In this document: in pieces, positions 51,802 through 64,000 of the stretch | Position numbering within the stretch: position 1 is the stretch's first letter | How the letters are laid out: every line of letters begins with the position of its first letter | Assembly (NCBI GenBank): GCA_964016885.1 | Contig: OZ024746.1 | Coordinates: 64,356,001-64,420,000, forward strand | DNA from: Eledone cirrhosa | Lineage: Eukaryota | Direction of reading: 5' to 3' | Length of the DNA: 64,000 bases | Position numbers and translations under genes: made by a program | The notes under the pieces: generated by a model | Database searches by the model: none | Seen by the model: the letters and a program-made list of their open reading frames with translations, nothing else | What the model was told of the DNA's origin: nothing

Positions 51802-51910
51802 TACAGATTAAAGTTTAAGTAAAGAATTTCTGCTTTCACCCTATATGGGATCCTCTGAAGATCTTGTATAGGGTGGAAACAGAAATTCTTTGCTTAAACT
51901 TTAATCTGTA
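51802..51910 (+). repeat. Inverted repeat with 51-bp arms and 7-nt loop
   Basis: Arms 51802-51852 and 51860-51910; on + strand RNA 45 Watson-Crick pairs, 5 G-U and 1 C-A. Confidence 0.95.
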
Positions 51911-51927
51911 ATAATAATAAATATATA

Positions 51928-51996
<69 letters not shown>

Positions 51997-52084
51997 TTAC
52001 AATCCTTATCGAGTCCTCTTCAGATTTTGGTCTTTGTATTTATTATTACTATATATATATATATATAATTTTTAGCATTATTAT

Positions 52085-52350
52085 ATGGTCTGAGTTCAAA
52101 TCCCGCCGAGGTTAACTTTGCCCTTCATATTTACGGGGTCGATTAAATAAAGCATCAGTAATGCACTGGGATAATTGCTGGCCTTGCATAAATTAGAAAC
52201 CATTGGATTGGCAGTATCGGTAGAGGGTCGGACGCCATGCTTTGATGCATAGAGTTACGGCCCTTGCCATTCTGAGTTCAAATCCCACCGAGGTTAACTT
52301 TGCCTTTTATCCTTACGGGGTCGATAAAATAAAGTACCAGTAATGCACCA
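52085..52350 (+). mobile_element. Two tandem Meta-SINEs
   Basis: GAGTTCAAATCCC...TTACGGGGTCGAT present twice. Confidence 0.88.
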
Positions 52351-52374
52351 GTAATGTTCAAGCCTTCCGTAGTA

Positions 52375-53097
52375 CAGTATGTTTCCAGATCACCCTATCC
52401 TGTTTCATCTCTTTCATGAGTTTCAGCTTTCTGAGGTAGCTTTTACTACATCATTCCAAGTTTTCTTTGGTCTACCTCTTCCACAGTTTTCATCAACTTT
52501 GTGTGCCCATGCTTTTTTATACTGCTGTCATTTTTCATACACCTCATATGTCAATACCAGTGCAATCTTCTTTCTTCTACATTGTATCTAATCCCTCTTA
52601 TGCTCAGCATTTCTCTCAGTTACTTGATGTTTTGTCTTTCATGCACACTGCTATTACACACCCATTGGAGCATGATTGCCTCATTTCTTTCCAATTTTTG
52701 CAGTTCCTCTACATTCAGGGCCCAAGTCATTTTTTCATGTAGCATCACAGTTCTCAGACATGCATCATACAATTTGCTTTTCACCCTGAAAGAAAAGCCC
52801 TTTGTAGTTAGCAGATGTAGTAGTTACCTAAACTTTTTCTACCCAGTTTTCCCTCCAGCTACTGTTCTTTCGGAACACCCACCCGTGCTGCTTATTAAGT
52901 CACCTAATTGGCAGAAGCTGTCAACCACGGTTAAGGAGTTGTCAAAGAATTTAATAGTGTCTGTTTCATGCAGGCACTTACTACTTATTGCTCCTGTGCA
53001 TCTGTCCCATACATAACCTACATTCTTTGTTAGTCAACTCAAGTTCTCACTGTATCTCTTGTACACCCATAGTTTTCATTTTGTACATTGTATAGAA
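52375..53097 (-). mobile_element. Decayed RTE fragment spanning PHD to C-terminus
   Basis: Minus translation gives SIQCTK*KLWVYKRYS (PHD relic) and LYDACLRTVMLH, homologous to the 61-63 kb ORF. Confidence 0.85.
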
Positions 53098-56000
53098 ATG
53101 TGTACACACACACACACATATTCACACACATATATACTCGTACATGCACAAATATATATGTATATATTGAGATATTGATATTTTTATATAAATTAATTTA
53201 TTGATGAATGAATACTGTATCCATTGGTGACATCCCTTGTGATATTTTCTGTCCATTGTGATTATCTCGGTAAATTACAAAACTTTGTAAATATCATTCA
53301 ATTTCTGTTTGGGTGAAAACTACATTATGAAGATAATCTGATGTAGACAATTGAAGAAAAAGTGTTTTGATGTCGACTAGATTCTGAAACATACTTAAAT
53401 ATTAGCAATACAACTTGTTCCGAAAGTTATGTTATTAAATCAGCAACTGACAGTAATAAACTGTAAATGGTGGTGACATTTACAGAACAATATTTAAAAT
53501 GGAGAAAAGATCTAAAGATATATTAGAATGCCTCACAATTACTATGTGTTTAGGTGGGTGAGGTGGTGTATTTATAGATCAGAAAAACAAGTTATGTATG
53601 ACTACTGTTCCATTTAAAATGTTTGAATTTAACCGGTCTCATGTCATACACTGGACAAAGTGCCTTCAACATGTTTTAGTTGATCATATTGGCTCTAATA
53701 TTTTGTTTGATATTAATTTTATCAGCCTCTTAAGAAGGAATGGTAAAGTTGACCTCAGCAAACAGGGCCATAGCATGAATGTATTGTATTGGGGTAGAAC
53801 CAAATACCACAAAATATTATTTTTCGCTGCTCTACTGATTCTGGAAATATATTCTCTCTCTTTTCTCCCTCTCTTTCTCATCTCTTGTCATCCCTCCCGT
53901 CTGCTCCTCCCCTCTTTCTTGTCTATTGTTGTTGTCTCTTTCTCTCTGTCTCTCTCACTATCTTGCTTTCTCTATTTCTCTCTCTCTCTCTCTCCTGGCA
54001 GCAAACTGTAGTTGCCATTGTTCCCTCTCATTGCCACTCCATCATACTCTCATCTGTCTCTCCCATTATTGCCACACTCTGCTCTTCGGCGGACGATGCT
54101 CATCATAAAATGCACCTGTACACTCGCTTTATAAAGTGGTAGTGTTGATGCCATGAACAAATGCAGCCACTTCATTCTGTAAAGTGGTTGGTGTTAGGAA
54201 GGACATCCAGCCATAAAAACCAGGACAAAAAATTGGAATGTCTGAGAAAAACGTGATTCTCTGATCCATTTAATTTCAGACCCATCCATCCATGCCAAGG
54301 AAAGAAAGAAAATGGGAATTCTTTTCCAGGTGGAAAATGTGTTAGCCATTTTATAGATATATAATTAATTCTGTAAAACTAATATATAAAGTACATTGCA
54401 CCCTCTGCCCACTGAAGATATGAGTGCTTTAATTTGTTTCTGTATACTTTACATGATCAAAACACTGGAAGAATAGATATAGATATACATTTGACAGGTT
54501 TCTGTCGACCAATTTTATTGACAAGGCTTAGATCAACTTGAAGCTATGGTAGAAGACACTTGCCCAAAGTGCTATCAAATGTAAAGTGAACTTTTGAACC
54601 ATTCATCCAATGAAATGTTATTTGGAAAATGTTCCATATCAATCAATAGAATCTAATTAGAACTGAGAAACAAAGAGAGGCAGGTTCACTGTACAGCCAT
54701 TTTCTTCTGCATCAAATTATGAAGAAAAAAGATATTTGACCTAATTATTAACCAATATCCTGATACAACAACACAAGTGTTTTGAAGCCATTTTCCCTAT
54801 TAAAGCAGTGATTAGCCTTATGGTCCTCATAATGAGCTTTATCATTTTGCCTTGGCACTTGCATCTTCCTCACCAACTTCCTGGCTTTCATTTTCTTCCC
54901 CATCATCTTTAGCCATTTCTTTCTTGGTCTTTCTTTTCCTCTACTCCTGTGCACACATACATTTCTTTGTCATAAAAGGCAATTAAAAGGGTTTGTGCCA
55001 GGATGAGTATGATTAATCAATATTCTGATAATGAAGGTAAACAAAAGAAATTTCTCCCCATAGATCTCAGTATTTAAATGTATTTTTCTCTGTTACTTAG
55101 CAGAAAATATATTTCTGAAACTGGCAATGTGTGGGTGTATTTATACAGCAATTTTTTCTAACTGATTTTGTATTTATTTAGCCTTAGAATGATGATTGTT
55201 ACAAAAAAAAATTAGCCCTCCTAGCTTCAGTAGTTTTTGAGGTCCCAAAGAGAACACCGAGGCAATCAACAACGCAAATGAACTGGTTGGTCAAAATCAG
55301 ACACCATATAGTTTCATGGTTGATGGATATGGGGTGTATCACTGGTTCACATTAAATGAGATTGATTTTATTAACTCTTTTGATAACAAACCACTCAAAA
55401 CTACCTCTGATTTTATGTTATAAGACAGTTTGTTTTAACGTGTTTATATTTATCTAAAAACCTTCCATGATAATTTTGTTTGTTAAATTATGCTCCAAAC
55501 ATTATTTGAAAATGATAGGCAGTATCTTTCTTTAACCTTTCAATTATATTTCTTAGGAAAGGTTAATTAACTTTGTAGAAAGAATAGCAGATTATACTGT
55601 TTTGTTATGTCCTCTTATTTCTGAGCTCAAATTTGGTCACTGTCATCTTTGATTTGGTTGTTTCATGTGAACAGTGCATGTTGTACAGTATTTGTTTTCT
55701 ATAAGGTGGTGATGTGGCAAGGTTAGTTTACCTTTCCATAATTGAAACAGAATAGGTAATGTACAAATATTCTCTCTCTGGGTTGTGATATTATCTGTGT
55801 CTGCATGTGGATTGCTCTCGGTTGTTGTATAGCCCAAGGTCAGTCTTTATACAGCAGACTTATAATCAAAGATACTCCTGCTGCGACCCTCTCATCTTGC
55901 TTTCAGACATTATGTATCCAGAACTACTTTATTTCAATGCATTCTTTCTCTTTTGAGGTGGTAGGAAAATTTGGCTGCTATTTCTAGGAGGTTGAATCAC

Positions 56001-56202
56001 AATGGGGCTCAATTGTTTTGAAGATATTTTATTGGTGTTGTAGCGATTTTCATTTTGGTTCCAATTTACTAGATATAAATCAAATAATGGCCGAAATGTT
56101 CACTTTGTTGTTCTACAAATTGGTGAACTTTATTACCTGACGCTTGTTCTGTGAATATCCTGTTGTTTTTCGTGGTTTTATATATCCAGAACTGATTTAT
56201 CC

Positions 56203-56520
56203 ATAATAATAATAATAATAATAATGATTTCTTTTAATAATAATAATAATAATAATAATGAAAATTATTGTTCTAAGGTGCACTATAACTCATAAAAGGT
56301 GTATGTATAGTACATAGAATAATGTACAAATGTCAGAAAAGTGAACAGTGTACGAGTCGTGATATACACAGATGCGTGTGTGTGTGTGTGTGGAGGGGGA
56401 ATATCAGGTGTAGTGTTGGCGAATTTCGGGAAGCATGGAAGTTTTGAAGGATGCAGTGTGCCAATAGCTAACAACTGATGTAGGTAGTTTGTTCCATGCT
56501 TCAGCAACACTGAGTGTTGG
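56203..56520 (-). mobile_element. 3' end of a CR1/L2-group LINE with (TTA)n tail
   Basis: Minus translation SVAEAWNKLPTSVVSYWHTASFKTSM resembles the CR1 ORF2 terminal motif RVVxxWNxLPxxVVxAxSxxxFK; short 3' UTR then (TTA)n. Confidence 0.65.
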
Positions 56521-59500
56521 GGGGCTTCAGTTGTATTAAGGATATAATTGTGTTGATGACCTACATGACCAATGCTGTTGGTGATAGGATGGGCATCCAG
56601 CCATAGAAATCTTTCAAAACAAAGGGTTGAGAAACCTCCTCTGTTGTGGCAAAACAGGACCACCTTCCTAATGCTTGTGCCATGATAACATGCACTTAGT
56701 AAAATGTGCAACTGTATGTGAGAATGCAGGCTTTTGGCCTGTCTGGGACCTCATTAGACCTGCTTCAGTGTTGACTTGATCTATGTATGACAACCCATCC
56801 AACCCTTGCTAGGAGGGAAAGCAGATGTTAAATGATGATGATGAAAGGATACATTTCTTTTCCATTAATTTTCCACTGTCTACGAGGGCAAGATTGTTTA
56901 CTTGTTGGGTCAGTCAGTATTTAACTCTTTCCCCTATCACCTCCACTTTTATCACTCTACCTTTGTTTAATCATGATGCCTGTATAAATGGCATTGAATT
57001 TGTTCATACCTGGTACTCCCTTCTACCACCCTTCATTATTACTATCACTCTTTCCTCCCTATGACACTTCATTGACATCTATTGGTTTCATTCATCATTG
57101 CCCATCTATTTATTATTGCTATCACATGCTTCTCATGCTGCTTCTTATCCACTCTCCTTACCAACAACCACCATGTAGCTATCAGCATCTCTCTTCTATT
57201 AATCCTTCCCCTATCATCCTTTTACTCATATTACTCTGTTTCGCTCATCATAGTTGTACTCTCCCATCTTTTACTCTCTTGGTCATCATTTTTCTATTCA
57301 CTCTCTCAGTACATTTTCTTTGAGAGAATTGAGACAAGGGACAAAGTGACCTTTCTTGTGTTGGTGCTATAATATGCATCCATACAAAAGTAGTTGGTAA
57401 ATGGATGAAGACAATGTAATGTAGAGAAGTTTCTTTCATTGAAGACATGATAAAATGCATCCATTGCTAAAAATGCGACGTATGAGCGAGATGTGGTCCT
57501 CCAGTCAGGCTTGGGCCATGGAAACTTGTTCAACTCATGCTAGTATAGAAAGCAGCATAAAATGATGATGATATGGATTCCTTTCACTGCACTTGTTAAC
57601 TACTAAAAAAGAATTGGAACCTGTTTTACTTCAGCAAACTGAAACGGGTAGTTATGTGTCTAACAATTGGTGTATTATTGATATCAACCCATCTATGACT
57701 GCTTGTATATAATATATAAAATGTTCAATTTGTCACACTCATATTCAGATTAAACTTTCCATTATAATTTGATATAAGAATCCTTTGTTTCAAACATTCC
57801 ATTAATAATTCTTTTACTGAATCCACACCCAAAAATAAATCTTTGAATAATACAGCTTGGCACTAGTAATGTCACAGCTCATTCCTACAGCTGAGTGAAC
57901 TTGAGCAACATAAAATAAAGTGTCTTGCTCCATAACAATGCATTTCACAGTCTAGGAATCAAACTCATAACCGTACAATTGTGAAGCTGATGCTCTAAAA
58001 CCTGTTGATATGTAATCTGTTGTTCAGAAAAGTAGCCTCAGATCTATTCTACCTCTGAATTGTTAAAATATAACTGGAATTCAACTTTTGACTAACTGGT
58101 CTCTGTTTTGATCTCTCGCATCTTTGCACTGCTGATATCCTCTCTTCTCTTGTCTTTTGTTTTCATTAGATACTGCTAAATTATTTTTATGTAATTGTAT
58201 GGTTTTTACCCCTTTATTGTATCATTTTTTAATCCCAGATCAGCACTGTTAGGGCATTCCAGCCACAACCGTCTTCTCATTGTGTACCAAAAGCAATGAA
58301 TCCTTTTCTATGATGGTAGAGTGTGATTTGAGGGTGATTTGGCTACTATTTCTAAATGTTGAGCATAAAGAGTAACTCTTCCAACTGCATAGAGAATACT
58401 TTGAGTCAAAATGGCGGAAAAGAATTCTCTAAGATTTTAAATCAAATAAATATTAAATTAGTTGACAAACTGTTGTTCATAGCTTTGGATTTATTGCTGA
58501 TGAAGCTGTCTTAACTTAGGCACCAGAGAGTGTTCCCTTTATCCCCAAAGAACACTGTGGTAGCAGGAACACCCCCACAGGCATTAACATCACTTGAAAA
58601 TAATAATGGATGAGGTCTGCTGTGCAAGATTTAGTAAAAGGACTCAGGGCATATGAGAAATTTGAAATCTTATGCCTCTCATGAATTTCTACTTTATTTC
58701 TAGCTTTTCTAATCCCATGCCAGTATAGAAACTTGGATGTAGAACTAATAACAAGAATGATGGTCGAGATAATAATTGTTACAGATATTTAATTCGCAGT
58801 AATCATTAAATCTATACATAAATAAATAAATAAATATCTATTTAATCTATAAATATTTGCTCTTTAAGATTTGATTTGAAATGACTGACCATTTTAGAAA
58901 TACATCTTTGATGTACTGATACCACACATCTACTCTAAACTTTGTAATTGGTTTACTAGCTAACTAATGTTACCTACTATGCGAAGCTGACTGATATCTT
59001 TATTCTAAATATACTTAAAAACCAGTGCCTGCTGAATCAGAATAGTGTTAATAATTAAATAAATATTGTGTGACAAAGGTCAAAGCAATGAAATTATCAA
59101 ATATAATTTTCATGTCATCAAAGCTGTACTTTTATGTGGCGCTATTAAGTAATATGTTGCCATAAGGAAATTGATTTGTTTAATCAACATACCTTTTTAA
59201 TGGTACATAAGCATTTCACTGCATCTTTCTACAGTTTGTCTAGTTTCATTAAATGTGGTTTTGTTATTACTGTCTACTAGCAATATTGAATACTTGTCAT
59301 TTGCACACCTTGACTGCTATAGTTGCTTTACTGTTCTATAATGTACCAACTGACAGCTTATTAACTGTGTTATTTTCATTGATGTTACGCATAGTTAATC
59401 CAAATCATCTTGTCTGTTTTCACATTTTAATATTCCTCTAATTTCACCAATCAACTGTTATTGGAAAATTCTCATTATCATTTGTATACTTCATTATATT

Positions 59501-60174
59501 TGTAGCAAATTCTCCACACAGCTTCTCTACCCTTTTTTGTATAAAGAAAAGCTCAGTATGAATTCAGAACTTGTTACATCTATTATTTTGTATCCAAACT
59601 CAAGATACATCACTCAGTATATTGGCTTGAAAATAGATCCTGCTAATGTTTTACAAATGAGTGGGTGTTGACAGGAAAAGTATTAGGCTGTAAAATTTAA
59701 CTAAAAAGGCTTGCTTTAAAATATGTTAGTAGCCAAATTTTCCAAGCAAGAAAAAAAAGAAAAGAAAAAAAAGACCCCAAGCAAGGCTATAAAGCCACTA
59801 AAATGCAAGGGGTTACTGAGTAGGGGGAAGGACAAGAGAGAGGTAACATAATTTAAGGGTAGAGAACATGACAATTGGTGTTACTTTTGAATTTTTGCCA
59901 ATTGTAGTGGTCAAGAAAGCAAGAAGCCATAGGTGAGACGTGGGAAGGAAGAAACTTTCAGAATAGAATTTGTGATCACATTTTGGAAATTCAACTGTAA
60001 ATAGATGAGACCTGGCTGCCAATATGGTGCTCTGTTTAAACTCATGAATATGAGGCCACAAAGAAGAAAGCTCATCAGAACAATTCCTGCTAAAATATTT
60101 ATAAAAAGGTCAAAGAAAGGCACCATTTCAATGGTATAATAGGGATTTTAGCTGACATGAAAATGAGGACCAAT

Positions 60175-60310
60175 CATCATCATCATTTTACATCCACTTT
60201 TCCCTGCTTGCAAGGATGGGACGGGTCCTATTCAGCAGAGCATCTCTCCACTTGTCACGGTCCTTTGTCATCTCCTCTGTGAGTTTCAGCGATCTGAGTT
60301 CTGCTCTTAC
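60175..60310 (-). mobile_element. Severely 5'-truncated (~135 bp) copy of the same RTE family
   Basis: Clearly aligns with 61200-61345; candidate TSD ACCAAT at 60169 and 60309. Confidence 0.85.
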
Positions 60311-61198
60311 CAATGATGTTGACAATTCTTCTTTGGATCTTATTTAGACTATTAAGGTGTTAAAAGTATTATGATAGATCCTTTATCAGTGTTGACATTG
60401 ATCATATGGTTGTTTGGTCAACTGACCTACCTATTCATTAAATATACCTATATTCTATAGTCACAAGTATTCGTAACCTAATTCTCATGTTCATGAGGAC
60501 TTAATCACTCAACCATACTTGTGTCATAGCCATTGTTAAATGAAAGAATAAATTCAAGTTGACAAAAATTCACTGTCATTTGTAATATTACTATTACTAC
60601 TTTTTATTTCTTTTGTCATATTGTAGCCCTTTCTATTCTATTCTATTATGTAAATGTAAACAAATGTTTCTGTTAGCTTAGTAGGCCACCTGCTAATATT
60701 TTGGTTAGTTGTAGAAATGACTACACTTTACTCATATGCCTGATGTACCCCGTGAAAAGGTGAAATATATTTCAGTTTATTGCTGCTATGTATTAGTGAA
60801 TACAATAGTATTTATCAACTAATTTTTTTTAAACCACATATATGAATTTACTTTAGGTTATTAAAGTTTCATTATTTCATCTTTTCACCTATATAATTTG
60901 TTTAATTGACAAGGATGAATAAATTTATTTTATGAGAATAGTTAGTAAAGTCAATTTCTAATACTTGCACAAGACCAATTATTAAAAGTAAAAGTTTATA
61001 GACAATCGATACATTATTTTTAAATTCAAAGTCAATCCCAGTGGAATCTGGACTCAGAATATAGAGAAATAAGTACTGTCATTAAATAAGACAGTCATCT
61101 GATCTAGCTTGTCTCACAACGGAACAACTTGTCTAACCCATACTAGCTTCAAAAATGATGATGATACTTTACTTTCCAACCATCTTTATCATTCTTTT

Positions 61199-63250
61199 CA
61201 TCATCATCATCATCATCATTTTACGTCCGCTTTTCCCTGCTTGCAAGGGTGGGACGAGTCTTATTCAGCACAGCATCTCTCCACTCGTCACGGTCCCTCG
61301 TCATCTCCACCGTGAGCTTCAATGATCTGAGGTCTGTTCTCACCACCTCCGCCCATGTTTTTCGTGGTCTACCTCTACCACGTCTTCCTTCAACTGGCAT
61401 TTCCTGGCACTTCTTCACCCATCGGTCATCCTCCATGCGCATCACATGTCCATACCACCTCAGTCTCCTCTCCCGTACACTACATTCTATCCCTCTCAGA
61501 CACAGTTTCTCTCTCAACACATTTATGCTGGGTCGTTCACGCACATTTACACTGCACATCCAACGGAGCATGCTTGCCTCATTTCTCTCCAGCCATCGCA
61601 TATCCTCTGCGGTTGCTGCCCATGTCTCACTACCATGCAGCATCGCGCTCCTCACACAGGCATCATACAACCGACATTTCGTACGCAGGGAGAAACCCTT
61701 CTTCGTCAACAGAGGAAGCAGCTCCCTAAACTTCTTCCAACCCGTCCTTATTCTAGATACTATGGCCTCGGAACACCCTCCTCCCATTCTAATCTGATCT
61801 CCTAGGTACCGGAAGCTATCCACCACTTCTATAGCGCCCTCTCGCATTTGAAAAATGTGTCTATCAGTGCGACTTCTACTGTCTAATTTCCCTGTACATC
61901 TACTGCATACATATTTCTCCCTACCTGTTAGTTTGCCTGCTATCCCGCTACATCTCTTGTGTACCCAGGACCTACATTGTGTGCATTTTATAGAATTTAT
62001 GCCAGTTCCTTTTCTGCATATCGAACATGGCCATTTCCCTGACGGAATCAGGGTTTTGTCCTCTTTTCTACTCATCAACACTTTTGTCTTAGCTAGATTT
62101 ACTCTCAGTCCTCTTGCTTCCAACTGCTGTTTCCATAGCCGGAATTTATTCTCTAGCTCCTCTACTGATTCTGCCATAAGAGCCAGATCGTCAGCATAGA
62201 GAAGTTCCCATGGACAGCCAGTCTTAAACTCCTCTGTTATGGCTTGGAGGACTATAATGAACAAGAGTGGGCTGAGGACCGAACCCTGATGTACTCCTAC
62301 TTGTATCTGGAATTCCTCACTAAACTCCATTCCTACCCTGACTTTACTGAGAGTACCTCTGTACAAAGTTTGCACTGTCCTCACAAGCCATTCCTCAACA
62401 CCCAGCTTCCTTAGGGACCACCAGATGACAGATCGGGGTACCCTATCAAAGGCCTTCTCTAGGTCAACAAAGGCTAAGTATAGTGGCTTATTCTTCTCTA
62501 AGAACCTCTCTTGCATTTGTCTCACCAAGAAGAGGGCATCTTTTGTACTCTTCCCAGGCACAAAACCAAACTGCATCTCATCTAGTTTGACCCTTTCTCT
62601 AATTAGTTGTGCTAAAATCCTTTCTGCCACTTTCATAACCTGATCTATCAGTTTTATACCCCTATAATTGCTCCTCTCCAAAGCATCCCCTTTACCTTTG
62701 TAGCAATTTATGAGAATACTGCTGCACCAGTCTTTGGGTATGACACCACCATATATAGCCTGATTGATGATGCGTGCAACCAGTTTAGTGCCTACGTCCC
62801 CTGATGCCTTCAGCATCTCAGCAACTATTCCCGATGGTCCGGCCGCCTTACCATTTTTCATTTCCCTAATCGCCTCTTGGACCCTATATTCGTCAATCTC
62901 AATAGCTGGTCCCTCTGTCGGATCTACTGAGGGTAATTTCTCTCTCTCCCATTCGTTCTCCACATTCATCAGTCTCTCATAATGACATTTCCAGGCCTCC
63001 TTTTTCTGGTCATTCGTGACACTAAGTACACCGGCATCATCCCGGACACATTTATCACCAGCAACATCCTGATTTGCATTGACACACTGCCTTGCAATGT
63101 GAAACACCGCACGCCTCTGATCTTCCCGTCGCAGAACATTGGCAAACCTCCTACTCTCTGCCTCCCTGCGTGCTAAGTACACCTGACGTCTAGCTTCTCT
63201 CTTAGTGGCTGTATATTCTTCCTTACTCCCACCCTTTTTCCAAGCCTTCC
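61199..63250 (-). mobile_element. Young 5'-truncated RTE-clade LINE
   Basis: GC- and CpG-richer block ending in an (ATG)n tail; lacks the APE endonuclease and 5' UTR; abrupt switch to AT-rich flank at ~63250. Confidence 0.95.
61221..63250 (-). CDS. RTE reverse transcriptase ORF (N-terminally truncated) with inserted PHD finger
   Basis: Uninterrupted frame of ~676 codons: KAAGPSGI, NYRGIKL, QFGF, FVDLEKAFDRV, GVHQGSVLSPLLF, YADD (62187-62198), C4HC3 finger (61896-62030), FRYLG, LRWYGHV, RGRGRPRKTW. Confidence 0.95.
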
Positions 63251-63641
63251 TTTTGTAGATAAAAATATCGAACAACCTGATTGTGATGTCTGAATAGATG
63301 ATGTAGTTGTTTATGACAGTCAGTTCATTTCAGCAGAAGAAAGGGAGAACTTAGCATTGTTCTTTTTAAATAGGTTATTTTAGATTTTCGTCGTTTCTAC
63401 CTTACCTATCATTATACACATATATTGCTTTTGTCTTTCTTGTAGTTCATTTAAGCTCTACATGTATGGACATGTTAGAAGAGACTTGTCATATTATTTA
63501 TAGACAACATTTGTTATGTTTGTAGTTAGTATAGCATTTTGTATGAGATATAAATTTGTAGCCCACGAGTTATGTTATTTTACTACCAGCTCAAATGTTC
63601 AACTTCCTAGTTGTTTTCTCTTTTTATCATTTAGTCAGAAC

Positions 63642-63965
63642 TGGCATGTGGCTTAGAGCTTAGAATATTGTATTCACAATCGTGAGGTTGTGAATTCGAT
63701 TCCTGCTCTAGGCAGGGCATTGTGTCCTAGAACAAGACACTCTATCTCACGTTACTTCAGTTTACACAGCTGTAGAAATGAGTTGCAATGTCACTGGTGC
63801 CAAAGTGTATTGGCCTTTGATTTGTCTTGAACAACATTGGTGACATGGAGAGAGGAGACTGGTATGTATCGGTGACTGCTGAGCCTTCACAAAAACACCT
63901 TGCCCAGGCTTGTGCTTCAGTGGAGAACTCTCTACGTGCAAAAGTGTTGGTCATTTGTGACCAGG
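63642..63965 (+). mobile_element. CORE-type tRNA-SINE, 3' module B
   Basis: TGGCTTAGAG A-box, GAATTCGATTCC B-box, CORE; body matches 48165-48395. Confidence 0.8.
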
Positions 63966-64000
63966 CGGGGGGGGGGGGGGGGTTACTCTTTTAGTCAGAG

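Noticed and set aside
529-61100. Short ORFs in the ORF track as host genes
   Set aside because: They are low-complexity (YI, CV, HT, SL repeats), SINE-derived or antisense to RTE fragments, with no recognisable host domains.
61249-63176. Plus-strand ORFs overlapping the RTE
   Set aside because: Antisense shadows of the RT frame.
63251-63275. N-terminus MFDIFIYK of the 684-aa ORF
   Set aside because: The start is a TTG codon in the AT-rich flank beyond the 5' truncation point; not a real start.

Overview
This is AT-rich, repeat-dominated eukaryotic DNA. The SINE/RTE repertoire points to an octopod cephalopod (inference). I found no convincing host protein-coding exon, rRNA or CRISPR array, so the window is probably a large intron or intergenic. 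The only real long ORF is a young, 5'-truncated RTE-clade LINE (61.2-63.25 kb, minus) whose reverse transcriptase carries an inserted PHD-type zinc finger. The rest is: modular tRNA-derived SINEs (Meta-domain type; CORE type with swapped 3' modules, one ending in the exact RTE 3' tail); decayed RTE and CR1 fragments; a Sola1-like transposase relic; two TTAA-targeting piggyBac-like MITE families; minisatellites; a 345-bp local duplication; and many microsatellites. Most notable are several type-I hammerhead-ribozyme-like motifs in (TA)n-flanked Penelope-like repeats. One has a near-canonical core that only becomes visible once a SINE inserted in its stem II loop is removed. Also notable: a 51-bp G-U-rich hairpin, a minisatellite apparently amplified from a SINE Pol III A-box, and several close inverted SINE pairs. 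All alignments and folds were done by eye, so degenerate boundaries are approximate.
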